DNA of 63,651 bases, the filler included, from Lenisia limosa (Eukaryota; Protista; Breviatea), in assembly GCA_001655205.1 (NCBI GenBank). It is 15 parts of 15 records of this genome, joined end to end, with 100 filler letters (N's around TTAATTAATTAA, not from the genome) between each part and the next. Parts side by side here need not be neighbours in the genome. Positions count along the whole stretch, not along the records: positions 61,186 to 63,651 come from LPNZ01007250.1; 14 more parts are not named here. One strand, 5' to 3'. Shown here in pieces: positions 62,431-63,651 of this stretch. Every line of letters begins with the position of its first letter. Position 1 is the first letter of the stretch. A program made the position numbers and the translations under genes. Below the pieces are notes generated by a model, which had not been told where the DNA came from, searched no databases, and saw only the letters and a list, made by a program, of their open reading frames with translations.

Positions 62431-63497
62431 ATGAGCAGCTGTGGTAATTGTGGACGGACGTTCGTTGCGCCAGATCGTTTAGCGGTATGCTTTCCAGCCC
62501 CTCCTTCGGCCCTAGACCTTCCAATGCAGTCTTTATCCATAAATAGGGGTCATATTGCGATTTCCCTTTTTGACACTTCAGATCCACCAACGGAGCTGCA
62601 CAGCAAAGAAACCAGCAAAGCGAGTTGGCGCTGCAGCAAGGTAAGCCAGTGAACAACCAAAACTGACATCACAATAAGCAAAACACCACAAGAAGCAACG
62701 TAATGATTGCGTCTTACCATACAGCCCTCGCACCAGCACCAGCACCAGCACCAGCACCACAAGACCAGTGCCAGGCGCTCGAGTAGCCCGGCCAGCCTCC
62801 TCGGGCTATGGCAGACAACCGAGTCAACCAAGCCAGCCCAGCTATGCATCTTATGACGACGATGATGATGACGGCAACTACAGTCGCACGCAGGAGGTCA
62901 GCAGCTACAGCCGCACCAGTAATAGAAATGTGAGGGCGCTGTCTTGTACCTAGCCGAGGGAGAGGTGCAGTTCTTTGTATAAGTTAGTAGAAATGGGAAG
63001 TGTAGTGTTTAATTGGAGGGGGGGCTCTTCAGATTATTCGGTTCGTGATTTGTATCTTACGCCAATATCCTTCATCACAATTTCGTTTCACCATAAATTG
63101 TCCAATTTTAGGTGCTGCAGAAGCGACGGGCCTGGGCTTTGTCTGTTTTGTTGTTATAAACCCTTGTGTGTTGGCAGCCAAAAGAGTTGATTTTGGGATT
63201 TTTTTGTTTTATGAATTTTCCAATTTTACTCCCATATTCATCGAGATTTCCTTCGTTTTACTCCAGAGTTGTTTTTGGATATTATTTAAAATATTTCCAA
63301 TTTATCCCCCCCCCNNNNNNNNNNNNNNNNNNNNNNNNNNNNNNNNNNNNNNNNNNNNNNNNNNNNNNNNNNNNNNNNNNNNNNNNNNNNNNNNNNNNNN
63401 NNNNNNNNNNNNNNNCACCACGCGGGGTGGCTACAGCGCACAGCCCTCGGGATATGGCGATGTAGACTCCATGATGGACAACTATCAGCCGTACAGC
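62431..63497 (+). CDS. C2HC zinc-finger (zf-C2HC_2 type) protein with low-complexity Ser/Thr/Tyr/Gly region, 5' part
   Basis: MSSCGNCGRTFVAPDRLA|IHQRSCTAKKPAKR gives C-x2-C-G-R-x-F-x3-DRL-x2-H-x3-C; the following exons are open and low complexity. Confidence 0.75.
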
Positions 63498-63651
63498 GTA
63501 TGTTTTTCTCATTATTACTAAGTTTTATTTCTTATCTCTCCATATTATGGGTGATATCAGCAGTATAGCGTGTTTTCTTGTTATTATGTGTTTTTTATTT
63601 GTTATTTTGGAGTTTTTTTTTTTTTTTTTCGAGGGAAGGCTCAGTCCTGCT

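Overview
Draft eukaryotic nuclear sequence from an extremely intron-rich, AT-rich organism, probably a protist (an amoeba-like lineage is only an inference from gene content). The window is not one locus. Fourteen artificial 100-nt linkers (N44-TTAATTAATTAA-N44) join 15 short scaffolds, so adjacency across linkers is meaningless. Many internal N gaps abut poly-G/poly-C runs. Genes are split into 20-200 nt exons with GT-AG introns, so most listed ORFs are not real proteins. By manual exon stitching I recognise partial or complete genes for an RNF213-like AAA+ ATPase, a HAT/TPR-repeat protein, ABCE1, an integrin-beta/tenascin-type EGF-repeat protein, a pogo/Fot1-like DDE transposase remnant, JMJD4, EMG1, a PRP40-like protein, a TNFR-type Cys-rich surface protein, an H-type-lectin-like protein, NOL11, AdoMetDC, an NSF-like ATPase and a C2HC zinc-finger protein. 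Introns are packed with at least five families of short repeats. Three observations stand out. (1) A ~130-bp repeat (family B) sits almost always in the sense orientation at intron 3' ends and supplies the acceptor AG in unrelated genes; mirror images of its tail occur at some intron 5' ends. (2) A gene is built from a tandem array of symmetric phase-1 Gly/Ser micro-exons and begins at an exon with an inverted, divergently oriented twin. (3) TA-flanked MITE families occur alongside an intron-containing pogo-like transposase remnant. No rRNA, tRNA or CRISPR array was recognised.
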